Source: Octopus vulgaris (Eukaryota). From it: a DNA stretch of 64,000 nt. Position numbers and translations under genes: made by a program. The first letter of the stretch is position 1. Every line of letters begins with the position of its first letter. The notes below the pieces were generated by a model. It searched no databases. It was given only the letters and a program-made list of their open reading frames with translations, and was not told the origin of the DNA. The stretch spans positions 39,184,001-39,248,000 of the forward strand of contig OX597825.1 in assembly GCA_951406725.2 (NCBI GenBank), written 5' to 3'. This document shows, piece by piece, positions 14,191-27,500 of the stretch.

Positions 14191-14904
14191 TTTTTAAGAA
14201 AAACATTTGTTTTATATATACATATATACACAAGGTTAAAAGAATGCGGAAAACCCCCATGTTTTTATACATAAGATACACGTGTTTTGAGAAAATGCAA
14301 TCTGATTGAAATGAAATGAAGGGATAATGGCTCTTAGATATGTATGTGATATGTTTCAATATCATGGTAGACTATTCATAATTCATATTTTACATCTTGC
14401 AAAACAACTGCTATCTTACCAGACATCTGAATTCAAGACGAAGAAAACAAGAAATCTACTGCACGGATGTTCTAACCACAGAAACATAAGAGGAATTCTA
14501 ATAAGCTTCGTATATATAAAAACAGGATTTGTAAAATGAATTTCGCCAACTCAACGCCATTATTATATTATCAATAGCTGAAACATAGAATATGGGTGTG
14601 GTCAACCATAATCTACTTCCCTGTAATCATTTCTGGTTACGCAATACTTTACAATCTCTTTCATAAATTAAACTGTTCTGAGAGCATCTTTTAAACATCA
14701 TATAAACAGTAAGAGAATATTTAGAAATTAAATGCAATTACACTAGAATAATAAAAGGAATTACGGAGATGTACTTGCATAGCAAGTGATTTGATCTGAG
14801 ATCGTATGCTGGAACGATAACAATTGCAGCGTGGAAGGTGTTTGTAAGCCATTTAAGAAACACACAAAAGCCGTTCGATTCACTTCAACATTTAAATTTA
14901 ATTA

Positions 14905-14949
14905 GTCAAAATATTTTCGTCGCTATAAGATCGCGACGTGTTCACTGAC
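14905..14949 (-). ncRNA. Putative minimal type I hammerhead ribozyme, G3-C8 core variant
   Basis: rc: GTCA-GTGAACA-c-GTCGC-gatcttata-GCGAC-GAAA-ATAT-TT-TGAC. Stem I is GTCA/TGAC, stem II has 5 bp, stem III is the palindrome AATATT. Lies within a ~200-bp PLE-terminus-like repeat (14757-14965). Confidence 0.6.
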
Positions 14950-15114
14950 AAAAATCCGTGCTGCATCTCAATATTAAGAATGTACTATTATAAATATCTA
15001 CCTATGCAAATATGTGTAGGAGAATAAAATTAAAATGGTTTCTGTTAAATGCAAAATACTAATAATGCTCATTACACACATAAACACGCAAGCGGGTACA
15101 CACATATAATAGGC

Positions 15115-15885
15115 TTGCTGAAGAGATGCACCATATAATATCAGCCATCTGGCTGGGTGCTCCTGTTCCACAGGATTGGATTGATGCCATTTCGGTCTCA
15201 TTGCTCAAAGGAAAAGAATCCAAATCCGAGTGTGGCAATTACAGACATATAAGCCTGCTTGAAATAATCGGTAAGGTTTTTGCAAAACATTTACTTAATC
15301 GGCTTAGTTAATCTGTCGTCCCTTGGAGTCAGTGTGGTTTTTACGTCAATCGTGGCACAAAAGACGTTTTTATTTTCTGCCCAACTCCAGCTGAAATTAA
15401 TCGAACATCGCATGGCTCATTACCCGCTTTTCCTTGATTTAACAAAAGCCTTCGACATTGTTAATTTCACCGTTCTCTCGGCCATTGTTGGTGAAGATGG
15501 ATGTCCACCTCAATTCGTCAACTTGTTTAGGCAACTTTATAGTGATATGAAAAATCGCCTTAACTTCAACGGATCGCTATTGGAACCAATTTCCATCGAT
15601 AACAGAGTCAAACAAGGTAGTATTGCTGCTCCAAAACTTTTTTCCATATATTTTGCTGTAACTATCTTGCACGCTTTCCAAGACTGTAATATTGGCGTCT
15701 ATATTCGCTTCAGAGCGACAGGTAAAGTCTCTGATGTTAAACACTTTAATGCCAAGTCAAAGACATTCCAGGCCCTTCTTCGGGAGCTCTTTTCTGTTGA
15801 TCATGTAGTTCCCGTTGCTCACACCAAGAAGGACAAGCAAGCTGTATAAAATCTCTTCTCTAGGGTTTGTAATGCTTTTAGACTT
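15115..15885 (+). mobile_element. RTE-clade LINE reverse transcriptase fragment
   Basis: VPQDWIDA...KGKESKSECGNYRHISLL..IGKVFAK; FLDLTKAFDIV; VKQGSIAAPKLFSIYF; GVYIRFR...RELF. Confidence 0.9.
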
Positions 15886-15886
15886 A

Positions 15887-16778
15887 CACAGGCTGCGATG
15901 CGGAAATTTTCACCACTTATATTTTTAATTATCGTATACGCATTATTTGTTTTTTTTTTATTTTGTCGACTACACAGTATAGCAGTGTCAGTTGGGCACC
16001 GTTTGTTATAAAACAGCACTGTGTCGCAAACCACTCAGCCAAAAATGTGGTAATGACATACTGTACTGTTTGCGAATTGCACTGGAAGCCCCAATAAGAA
16101 CGTTTCAGAGTGTTTGGGTGTCAATATGAGAACAGTTCGATCTTAGGACGTGTACCGAGAATGATGAAAATCAAATATCCAGTCAGCATCATGATGTTTG
16201 GAGTGATCAGTGGTGATAGCGATGTTATGCCTCCATTGATCTTCCCACAAGGCCTCAAAATCTACACGGAGGACTACATCAGGTACTTGGATGATGTAGC
16301 GCTGCCCTGGGGCAAATTGGTGGCTGCTGGAAGACCCTATTTCTGGCAACAGGACTCTGCCCCATCCCACACAAGAAAGAGAACCCAGTCATGGCTGTCA
16401 GACAATTTCTGCCACAACATCACCCATAACATCTGGCCACCTAACTCCCAAGACAGCAACCCCCTCGATTATTATGTGTGGTGCAATTGTGCTATAGATT
16501 AACAAAATTTCTTGTAAAATCACAGACGAACTGAAGACAAGGATTATGGCAGTATTCAGGGACTTAAACAAGCAGTCGGTCCACAAGTATTTTAGGAGAT
16601 TCCGAAGATGCCTGGTGTCCTTGCTTGAAGCCAATAGCGATTTTATTGAATAAATTTACTCTGTAGTATTTAAAAATATTTTTATGTAATTTTTGTAAAT
16701 ACATCTGTTAAAATAATATGTCAGTGTTATTTTCATTTCTGCGTAATGTAGACGACAATTTATTCACCGCAGTCCGTG
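15887..16778 (+). mobile_element. Internally deleted Tc1/mariner DD37D (maT-type) transposon
   Basis: ORF 16110-16502: MMFGVIS...WQQDSAPSH...WPPNSQDSNPLDYYVW, with 37 aa between the last two catalytic D. Imperfect TIRs ta-cacaggctgcg / cgcagtccgtg-ta. Confidence 0.88.
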
Positions 16779-17699
16779 TATATATGTGTTCGTGTGTTTA
16801 TATACATATACACATATTTCTTCTTGGGCGTTTGAATTTATATGTAATAAATCTGTTATAAAATTCCTTTTCAAGGATAATTCTAAAAGGGACCACTTCA
16901 AATTTTGAATATACAGCATGTAAATTTCCTTGCACTTGGCTGAAATTATAAAATGCCGAGCATTGATCAATGAATGAATACATGCATATTTCTTCCTGGT
17001 ATATTCAGTATCCGTATCACAATGCAACAATCTAAGTAATCATGTAGTCATGACAATTGCGTAAATCTGTCCACATCTCTCATGTGTATCATACAGATCA
17101 GGTTTATTTGCATAACCAATTGATTGTAATAGCACCTTGAGAGCCTTTTATAAATAAAAATCAGAATTATACTATACACATATATATGTTTGTGTGCGTG
17201 CGTATGGATATGTGCGTATACTCGCATGTGTATGTGTATCTGCGTGCTAGTGCTTGTTGTGTATGTGTACATATGTATGCGTGTGCATTTATGTATGTAT
17301 GTATATATGAGTGTGTGTCTATGAACTTAGATAGACTGGAGGATGCAAAAATTCTTAGGGATTCTTTTAAGAGAATCATTAACGATATACTCTATCTTCG
17401 GATATTAGCAGCAGCTGACAGTAACTTAAAACGTGGTCAATGAAGCAGAGACAACTGAACTAAAGAATGAGGAAAAAGATTTTCACAAATTTTGTTCCGG
17501 CTTTTATGAAAATAAACTATGATGATTATGATAAGCATGAACAATTATTAGGCTGTCTAGTCTCTTACCGATCTATTTTAAAGGAAATCAGTGGAATATG
17601 GTCCTCTTTTGAGCACGGCAAGATACCAACATCTATCTGTTTATAGACATAATGTTGGATGTATAGATTTATTATCACGTAGGATTTTCACTCACATGT

Positions 17700-17852
17700 A
17701 CTACAGGCTTTTTTCAGCTTCCATCTGACAAATTTACTTATAAGGCATTTGGTCACCTGGAAGTAACGGGAAAAGATACTTCCCAAGGTACCACACAGCA
17801 AGACTGAATCTGGAGCCACGTGATTCGGAAGCACACAGCTATGCCTGCGTGT
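17700..17852 (-). mobile_element. SINE family 1, decayed 5' half
   Basis: ggctttttcagcttccatctgacaaattt...cccaaggtaccacacagcaagactgaa. Confidence 0.6.
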
Positions 17853-18128
17853 ACTTTTGTATTGACCCTAGGCTAATGCAATTTCAGTGAAAGATACTGT
17901 AGATAAATGCAGTGAAGTCGAAACAAAATCGAAAACAAGCAATTCAAATAATCAGAAAAATATACAACTTCTTTATATAATAGTTTTCTCAGAGAAATTG
18001 AATCGGAAGAAAATAAGTGTAGCAGTAGTCGTATGGTGGCATGGACGGAAAACTATATCTTTACAACTAGAAATAGTATGGACATACATATGTGTGTGTG
18101 CGTGCGTGTGTCTGTGTGTGCGTGCATA

Positions 18129-18828
18129 AAGGGTAAAATTTATTAAAAGTAATAATTTATATCAGTGGTCAGCGCGTGTAAAAAAATTCTACAGACCATA
18201 AATATTTTTCTAATATATAAATGTGTATAAAATTATACACGAAGAGAAAAGCCAAAGCCCCTAGGTAGGTTTCTTACATGCTGAAAAGAGATGTCAAATC
18301 CCCGAGCCACGAAAAAAATTTCTTATTTCTGCACGTTGAATATAGGCGACCAAGTCAATTTGAAATGATGAAAAAGGCTAGTTTTTTTCTATACTTCTGA
18401 CATTTCACCATTTATTATTTAATTAAGTAATTAAATAATTAATTATTAATCACCTGTAGACCTTCAGTAAAATCTGCTAGGGACATATATGTATAAAACT
18501 CGAATACATACCGTATCACAAAGGAGACAGGTGCACATCGAGTAATTAAGGTTATACATCGTGAATTCAACACAATTGTCCTCAAAGAACGCACCAAGCT
18601 AGAATCATCCACTGATGATTAATTCAACGTGCATAAATAAGAAAGTTTTTTTCGTGGTTGGGAATCTGACATTTCTTTTCAGCATGTAGGAAGTCAACCT
18701 AGTGGCTCTTTCCTTCGTGCATAATTTTATACAGATTAAAATAGTATGAAAATATTTATGGTTTACGGATCTCTTTTACAAATGCTGACCATTGGTGTAA
18801 CGTATTATTTAAAAAAAATTTTGCCCTT
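18129..18828. mobile_element. 700-bp MITE with ~210-bp imperfect TIRs and TA flanks
   Basis: ta-aagggtaaaatt...tgcacgttgaat versus attcaacgtgca...aattttgccctt-ta. Confidence 0.85.
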
Positions 18829-18867
18829 TATATTTATATCTAAATATTTAAATTCTTAGGTCAGATA

Positions 18868-20137
18868 CGAGGGGCGTTCAATAAGTAATGCCCCTGACCC
18901 ACTTGCAGTAGTTTGATCTAGCTGAAATTTTGCATGTGCACTTACTTATACCTCTATAGATTCAGTGGCGAATTAAAGCTCTGAACTAATTGTGGTTTCT
19001 GATTTACAGGTGTTTGAACTGAGTCAAGTGTGAAATGGAGCCTGTTGAGTGTCGAGCAGTGATCTGGTTTTTGTATTTGAAAGGACGCACACCACGGGAG
19101 ACTTTTGATGAAATGAAAGTAACTTATGGTGATGATGCCCCATCATATGACCTTGTAAAACGCTGGCATTGTGAATTCAAACATAGACGGAACTCTGTGG
19201 AAACAACACCCAGATCTGGTCGCCCCCTTCTGCTGTTGATGAGACGTCTGTCCGTCAAGTTGAGGCTGCCATTTTGGAAGATCAACGCATAACTATTCGC
19301 CAAATAGCCCATGAGGTCAAGTTTAGTACCGGGTCTGTGGAAACTATCATTCATTACCATTTGCATATGCAAAAGGTGTCTGCCAGATGGATTTCCAGGT
19401 TGCTCACACATTTCCAGAAGCAAGAACGCGTCGAGTGCTCGAGGATGAATTTGGAGATGTGCCAAGAAGATAAGTCAAAATTTTTCAAAAGACTGATCAC
19501 ACAGGATAAAACCTGGGTCCATCACTATGATCCATAGACCAAAGCCCAGTCAATGCAGTGAAAGCACCGTGACTCACCTCTTCCAAAGAAGGCAAGGGTG
19601 CAGCCCTCCGCTGACAAGGTTATGCTCACAGTCTTCTGGGACCAGGACGGATTAGTGATGACAGATTTCCTGGCAAAGTGTACCACAATTACAGGAGCCT
19701 ATTATGCTTCACTTTTGAGGAAATTAAGAGAAGTTATCAAAGTCAAGACGCGGGGCAAGATCAGTAAAGGCATCCTCCTCCTGCAGGACAACGCTCCGGT
19801 CCACAACTCGCTTGTCGCCAGATCAGAAGCACAGGCGTGCAGCTATGAACTCCTCCCCTTGCACCCTCTGATTTTCACCTCTTCCCAGCCATGAAGTTGA
19901 TTTTGAAAGGAAAGCGATTCCCAGATGATGCAGCCTTGATTTCTGAAGTCACGTCGTGGTTGGAGGACCAAGCTGGGGTCTTCTACAAAAACGGTCTCCA
20001 GAGCTGTATCAAACGATGGGAAAAATGCATAACTCTGAGTAGTTCCTATGTAGGAAAAGACTAAAAACTGTGCCAAGTGTCGTTGCTCTACTGCTATAGG
20101 AAGTGGGTCAGGGGCATTACTTATTGAACGCCCCTTG
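18868..20137 (+). mobile_element. Second mariner (DD34D) copy of the same family, defective
   Basis: TIRs cgaggggcgttcaataagtaatgcccctgacccactt / aagtgggtcaggggcattacttattgaacgccccttg with TA flanks. ORFs 19035-19292, 19274-19537 and 19598-19894 match the copy at 12171. Confidence 0.97.
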
Positions 20138-20174
20138 TACTTCACTCCTAATTTTTATTCAGTGTATTTTATTG

Positions 20175-20558
20175 TGGCTTGGCGCGTTGTTTGAGAACAT
20201 TGAGTTGAATTTACGTTGCATAACGATAACTATACAATATGGACGTGTCTCCTTTATGATACAGTATGTATTCGATGTATTCGAGTTTTATAATCATGTG
20301 TCCCTAGCAGTTTCTTCTGAAGATCCACAGACATATAATTCATTGATTAATTAATTGATATATTTATTTAATCACTAATGGTGAAACTTCGGAAGTATAG
20401 AAATAACTAGACTTTTTAATTCTTTCAAATTGTCCTGCTCGCCTACATTCAACGTGCATAAACAAGAATGTTTCTTCGTCTTTTGGGGATTTGACATCCC
20501 TTTCAGCATGTAAGAAGCCAACCTAGTGTTTCTTCCCATCGTGTATAATTTTATACAC

Positions 20559-20560
<2 letters not shown>
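20175..20560 (-). mobile_element. Partial inverted copy of the 18129-18828 MITE
   Basis: Reverse complement of about 18220-18597 (e.g. tccctagcag / ctgctaggga; attcaacgtgca). Confidence 0.75.
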
Positions 20561-20598
<38 letters not shown>

Positions 20599-20604
20599 AT
20601 ACAC

Positions 20605-20638
<34 letters not shown>

Positions 20639-21239
20639 CCCTGATCAAAATTATGAAGCAGGTAGCACAAACGCTCTTTTTTTCCTATTATTCAGTGAAT
20701 ATCTTATTAATTACTATCAGAGGTTAATATTTGTTGAAAATATCTCTGAATAAACAGCTTCTTGACGCTACAAGGTCTCAATAATTGCATTTTCCTCTGA
20801 AGGATTCCTCAAAATTAAAATGGCAAGAAAACTGAAATGCTCAACAAATAGGTGTTTCAAAGAAGTATCAAAAGGTATAATGAAACTAATTATTTCAAAA
20901 AGCGTAAAGCATGAGATCGCAAAACGTGTACAACCAAGAGGGAAAGCAGGTTGCTTTCTAAACATTGTGATTGAATATTCTACGTACCGACTTGCGACAA
21001 TGTAAACTTTCATTTAGTCAAGTTATTCATGGCCTGCGATATACACCTGCCTTGGATATTTACCATTGCTAATGTTCGGTTTTCTATGAAGTATAGGTAG
21101 CCCAGATCTTATCTAATCCCCTCCTTGACTCTTGTATTCGTATTAGAATATTCGGCAACTCTAGTTACTGCCATGAAATACAAAGTCTAGAAGAACTTCC
21201 GTCTCAACAAACCATAACTGTCCCCGAAAACTGTTTTTT

Positions 21240-23230
21240 ATATTCACTACGGATCGCTTGATGCTAAATTTCTTACTACAAATTGATCCTTGGATCATAT
21301 GAATTTCTGAAATAGAGGAACATGAATTGTCCCTATAACAAGAACTGTATATATCTATATCGTATTTTTGTGAATGCCTCATTGGTCCTTCATTCTACTG
21401 GTTTATAAAAAAAATATTCATTTCTATGCCATAATAGTTGCAGACATATTAACTATTTTTATGCCATACGGCAGAAAAATAATGAGGCACACCTGCACAT
21501 TGAATGATTTTAATGATAAACCTATTCATTTATTTTACAAGACATGTATGTTCTCAAATCTTAGTTCAGGCAGAATATTTGTGTGGAATTTCGTCTCATC
21601 GAAATTAATTTAGTCAGTTTGGTTATTTCCATTTTGTGGAATGGGATCTTAAAAAGTGTAAGTCATTCTTGATTAGACTGGAAACAAGTTTACGCTTAGG
21701 ATTACAAAATGACGTTCTAGAAATAGAATAATCAAAGACTACAATATGTGGGAAATATTAGTCCTATAATGAAACGAAATTTCTCCGTTTTTACATAAAT
21801 ATATTGAAATTCATCAAGCTGTTATAAATATAATTATATTTAGGAATTTTAACAGTTCATAAATTTCCTTCTTTAAACATAGAATATTTTTAGAACGTAA
21901 ATCCCTCTTCAGTTAAAGTTGATTTCAGGTTTACATAAATTTTCGAAATTTGTTAAATTTTTTTTTCTGAAAGATTCTGAAGAAATGAATTTTAAAATTG
22001 ATCTACGATCAATTTTATATGATATATTTTCTTCATTGTTACAACGACTCCTCCATGGTATGATTTATTAATTTATGTTCTGGAATCATTTTCTAGCCAT
22101 TTTGTTGTTTGTTTTTAACGCGGAATTTTCAACGATTTAGTCGTAAATGTGTTCAGTGATATTTTCAGACGTGCTGTATAACCACTTAAATATATATACA
22201 TATTCTTCCGAGATTTCAACAACTTTTTGTTTCTAAATTAATGGAAGCATTTATTCGCATCTTTCTTTTGACAAGTAACTCATGTTCTCAACCTTTTCTA
22301 TTGCATTCTGCTTTAATTTTTATAAATTCATTCGTGTCAAGGAAATTTAAATGGATATTCTACAAGATTTATGCCATTTAGTATTAATCTCATTGGGATA
22401 AATATAATATTTCCAGATCAGTCGGTAGAGAATTTAGCTGAATATGTATCCTTGGTGTAATTTGTTTCTTTTCAACTCCTCCTGAAGGCATGTTGCTTCC
22501 GTTGTGATTAAGTTACATACATCTTTTAGATAGTACTTATTTTAGAATATCTCTATCTTTTAAAATGTACTTTAATTTGTTTATTGATTTACATTATAAT
22601 TGAATATATAATACATAGTTTCTTGATACTTTTATTGCAATGAATATTTTAAATCAGAGTTGCATTGTATTCTATTTTAGCTTCGTTCCATTATATATAT
22701 ATACACATATGCTGATAACAATTTCTTGATTTTCAGATAATTTTCTCTTTATATATTAAGCTTGGTTTCAATTACTAATTTCTTAATTTGTTTTCATACA
22801 TAGATGCACACTTTGTGGGGATCCAGTGTTGTTTCCACCACGATTGTAACATTTATCACGTCTTTTGATTGTATCGTTAGATAATTATTGTTACATCATG
22901 CTGTAAGTTAGCGCGAAGATGTTTTTGAATTTAATCACATGGTGAAAAGAGCAGCATCACTTTTAAAACATTTTGTGAAGTGTAACTCACCTACCGCTTT
23001 TTTGTTTCCTTTATCAGTTCTGGAAGTAGTAATTTAAATGTAATTTGTTTGGGAATATAGCTTGTTCTAGCCTTTACAATGTTTGCTATCTAACTAGCAC
23101 CTATAATTTCGTATGTGCATTCTATAATGATTTTAGATTTTGGTTCAATAATATATTCCAAATTCTTATCACCTATTTCCCTTTCTTCAGTTTCGTACAC
23201 GACACCCAATTGTATAGAAAGATGCTCACT
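21240..23230 (+). pseudogene. Decayed Methuselah/adhesion-like class B GPCR pseudogene
   Basis: N-terminal VYK.NI...CHN-like motif near 21400. From 22741: FSLYILSLVSITNFLICFHT*MHTLWGSSVVS...LLLHH...LKHFVKCNSPTAFLFPLSV, then VCYLTSTYNFVCAF...NNIFQILI (ECL2/TM5-like). Confidence 0.4.
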
Positions 23231-23287
23231 CCTATCACACCTATGTGTGTATGTACACAAGTGAACGAATGTTCGTGTGTTTCTATT

Positions 23288-23332
<45 letters not shown>

Positions 23333-24049
23333 CATGTTGTTTTTTATGCTTCGCAGAAAAACAGAGTGTACTTTGATTTAAAACGTCCCTCAAGTTGAAG
23401 TCGTTAGACATCAGTTGAAATAAGAGATTGACCAGTGTCTCCGCTGTCATTGGCAAAAGCATGAACTAGTCATTGCTTTAACAACACTCGTATATTGACC
23501 CTTTAAGTTAAGCATAAAATGTATCTTCAGTGAACAAACGGAGGTTAAACGGAATTCATTTCTAGAATCCTGTTCCAGATGTATTAACAGGCAAAACATT
23601 TTTGATGTCTCTCATGCTAATGCAGTCAAATGAAATAGTATAAAATTAACCTCTAATATTCTGAAAAGTCTGTCACGGCTTGCCACCAATTAAATTTGAA
23701 TTACACTTCAGCAACTCATTGAAGAGATAGCACGAGGTACCTTTAGTCATCCTATGAAAACATATCTGTCTTTTATCTTTATGTAAGATAAAACAAACTT
23801 CCCATTAGAAAAAACAGAGTATATACATATAACTTTTAGGGAAGATATAAAAAACATTTTAAATAATTTATGTTTGATGTATGCTGGCTTACGAAAAAAC
23901 TAAACAACGATTGAATTGGAACATTCATATCATCATAAAATAGTCATGAAACAGCGGTTATCAATATTTGTTCTGCTTGCCTCCCTTCACCACTGCCACT
24001 CGTTGTTGTCAAAGTCAACGTCATCTGAATTATTGAGATCGTCGTCGTC

Positions 24050-24384
24050 TTGAACGCCATCACAACAACGCCATCACAACATCACCATCACCATCACCAT
24101 CACTATCATGATCATCATCATTATCATCATAATTATAATCATCATGATCATCATGATCATCATCATCATGATCATCATGAGCATCACCATCATCATCTTC
24201 CACATCTTCCTCCTCCACTCCATCTCCTCATCATCATTATCATCACCACCATTACGGTAACTGTCATCATCAATGTCAACGTAGTCGTAATGATCTTTCA
24301 TAACCTCATCTTAATGATAATAATAATATTAATGATAATAATAATAACAACAACAACAACAATAATAATAATAATAATAATACA

Positions 24385-24461
<77 letters not shown>

Positions 24462-24482
24462 GAAGAAGAAGAAGAAGAAGAA

Positions 24483-24513
<31 letters not shown>

Positions 24514-24549
24514 AAGAAGAAGAAGAAGAAGAACAACAACAACAACAAC
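24050..24549. repeat. Compound trinucleotide microsatellite (CAT)n-(TAA)n-(GAA)n-(CAA)n
   Basis: Read directly. Confidence 0.95.
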
Positions 24550-27500
24550 ACGGATGTGCTACACATGGCTCTTCATGTAGAAGAGGAGCTCCGTGCTGAA
24601 TAACAACTTAGATGTGCTACACAGGGCTCTCCATACAAAATCAAGACTAATCTTATAAAATCGGTGGAATGGGATGAATGAACCTGTGGAAGACTTGAAG
24701 GAAGCGGTATTTTAACGAAATTAATCACAAAAACGAAATTATACTGCTATACAAAGCACGGGTTCTCCCCTGCACGATGTCTCGGTGAAACATGTGCGAA
24801 AGACACATGCGAAATCAACATCGGAAAGTTTACAAATTATAAATTATTAATGGAACAAAACAGCAAGTACGTAAATTGTTTAACTATGCATACACTCGAA
24901 TGTCTACACAATCATATATACATTTTAATACCCATAGGACTACACATACAACTAAATGTTTACGCAATTACGTGAAATTTATCGGTAACATATACACACA
25001 TATGAAAGCATGTGACACAAAGTAAGATGATATAGCAAAACCATTTTATTTATTTGCAAACTAACACAGACAGGGTGAACAATTCATAAGTTTAAAAACG
25101 CCTCAAAAATACTATGCCCGGCGATAAATATATAATAATAAATACAGACAAATACAGATCTGTTAGCATTAAGAAGTTACGAGCAATTTTTTTTTATTCA
25201 GAAAACTCGGAGGTGGTGTTGCCTCAAGATATTTACCGTATCACACAGATCCGCCCCAAATATCAACGTCCAAGCTCGTCATGCGACAATGATAACGAAG
25301 CAAAATACAAACCAGATCGGCCGTCAGCCGGATCACCAACAATGGCCACGCACCCCATTGAGGAATCAGACTGGGTACGAAAAATCAGCTACTGGTTCCA
25401 ATCTTCCCGTAACACAGGAGCTGAAAGTACCCCACATCCGAAATATTCCAACAGATGGCCATCCATGGTCGTCATCAAATAATCAAAAGAAAAAGAATGA
25501 TAAATGGTCTAACGGAGATAATAAAGAAGTTCTTAAGGTCATCTATCATGCAATGGATTTCCCCGCAAATAAATCTAATGCCTAACAAATCTACTTAAAC
25601 TGGAGACAGAAACATCTTGAAGTAAGGTTGTACACAGACAGTAACAAACTTGACAATGTCAGAAGAAACATGGAAAAGAAATTACTGACTGAACTAGAGA
25701 TTGACCGAATTAAACAATCAGTAATGGATAAAGGGAATGAATTTGCAGCTGACGAAGATACTACCGAAGAAATATTTTTAGACCAATCCAGGTTTGATGA
25801 ATATACAGTATTGATAGAAAGAGTCAATGCAACTGAGAAATTTAAATACTCCCTGAACCAACCATAAATATAAAAATCAAATAGCTGAATAAATTCACAC
25901 ACAAATCGACCCAGTTGAACAGGATGATCTAAAAATTCAAATCATGATTGAATGGCCGGAAATTCAAGAAACGAGTATGAATGAACGTGACACTCTCCCA
26001 AACATTCGCAACTATAGACAAACCTGAAAATAAAATCCGCCTTGCGCTTAAGGATATAATTTTAGCTAATGCTGTTGATATTACAGATATCAATCACCTG
26101 TACTATGCATCAGCGGAGATCTCAACGATTCTGTTGTAAAAAGATTAGAAAATGACATCATTCCCACTAAAAGCCTACTTGGCAAGAGCATATGCAACAC
26201 CACATTCAACTACGTAGATCTGACAGAGAATGTCTAAAAATACGTTAAATTTGACAAGACTATCAAACCAAAAAATTCGAAAATTAAAGAAAAAGTATAT
26301 GAACACCATATTAGATACCACCATAGAAACTATCAAGCAAAAGTTAAGTGCTAAAGCTGCCCGCATGGCACTGTATGAAAAGCGCGTTAGATTCTTCAAA
26401 AATAACCCAGAAAGTTTTACAAGAATATAAAGAAAATAACAGTTACAGAAAATGTGTCCCAACAAAAGAAGTAGTGCAGGAAGTTTGGAATAAATTTGGG
26501 GCAGAAGAAGAAACACACAATAAAAATCCTTCTTGGATTGATAGAATATCTACAGACTTAGACTCTTTGGAAGAACAAAATTGGGATGTTATCAAGGTAG
26601 AAGATGTAAAATCTGTTCTTATCCTGTTAAGCAAGTGGAATCTCCAAGAAAGGATAAAATCCATAACTTCTGGTTGAATATCTTCCAAGAGAGCCATGAA
26701 CTGCCAACAAAACTTTACAAAAATGTTTTGCAACAAACTAGTATGATTCCTTCTTGGATAATTAATGTTACATTCTTACTTTCAAAAAAAAATAATAAAG
26801 AAACAAATGAACCAAAACTTTATAGATCCTTAACCTGCTTAACAACGATGTATAAAATATTGACAGCTGTTTTAATTGAATATAACTACAGTTTTTTTAA
26901 TAGAATGTGTCATATTACTTAATGAGAGAAAATGATGCAAAAATGGGTCATATGGTCGTAAAGACCAGCTACTCATTAATAAGATGATCTTGGAAGATTG
27001 TCAGAAACGACACTAAACTTGTTGAGAGCCGGGTTAGACTATAAAAATGCTTCTGATAGTCTACCACATAGCTGCATTAAGAAATTCTGGAAATGTGTAA
27101 AATAGCACCTACTTTGTGAAACTTCTCTGTAAGTATGAGATAATCGAGAACGACATTGATTTTCAACAGTGAAAATGAATCTGTCAATGCTGGAAATGTA
27201 AGAGTTTCATGTGGCATTTTCCAGGGTGACTCTCTATGACATTTCCTCTTTTGTCTACCCTTAATACCACTCTCGAAATTGCTCGATGACGTACAATATA
27301 GCTATGAAATGTTTGATAAAAATATAAAACATCTCTTTACATGAATGATTTAACGGTCTTTGTAAAAAATGACCAACAACTACAGGGCTTACTAGCAATT
27401 GTTAAACCGTTCACTGATGACATCAAGATGGGATGCAATTTGACCTCGATAAATATGAAAAAGCTACCTTTATCAAAGGAAAAATGACAGAAACATACAA

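Noticed and set aside
21374-21620. Minus-strand helicase-like words (FDE, MSAT)
   Set aside because: Isolated short matches across stops, with no Walker A motif; the plus-strand GPCR-like reading fits better.
24050-24580. Long poly-H/I/R ORF (and similar poly-I/N/S/M/L/Y ORFs at 29.0, 36.4-37.9, 52.5 and 62.7 kb)
   Set aside because: Translations of trinucleotide microsatellites; no coding evidence.
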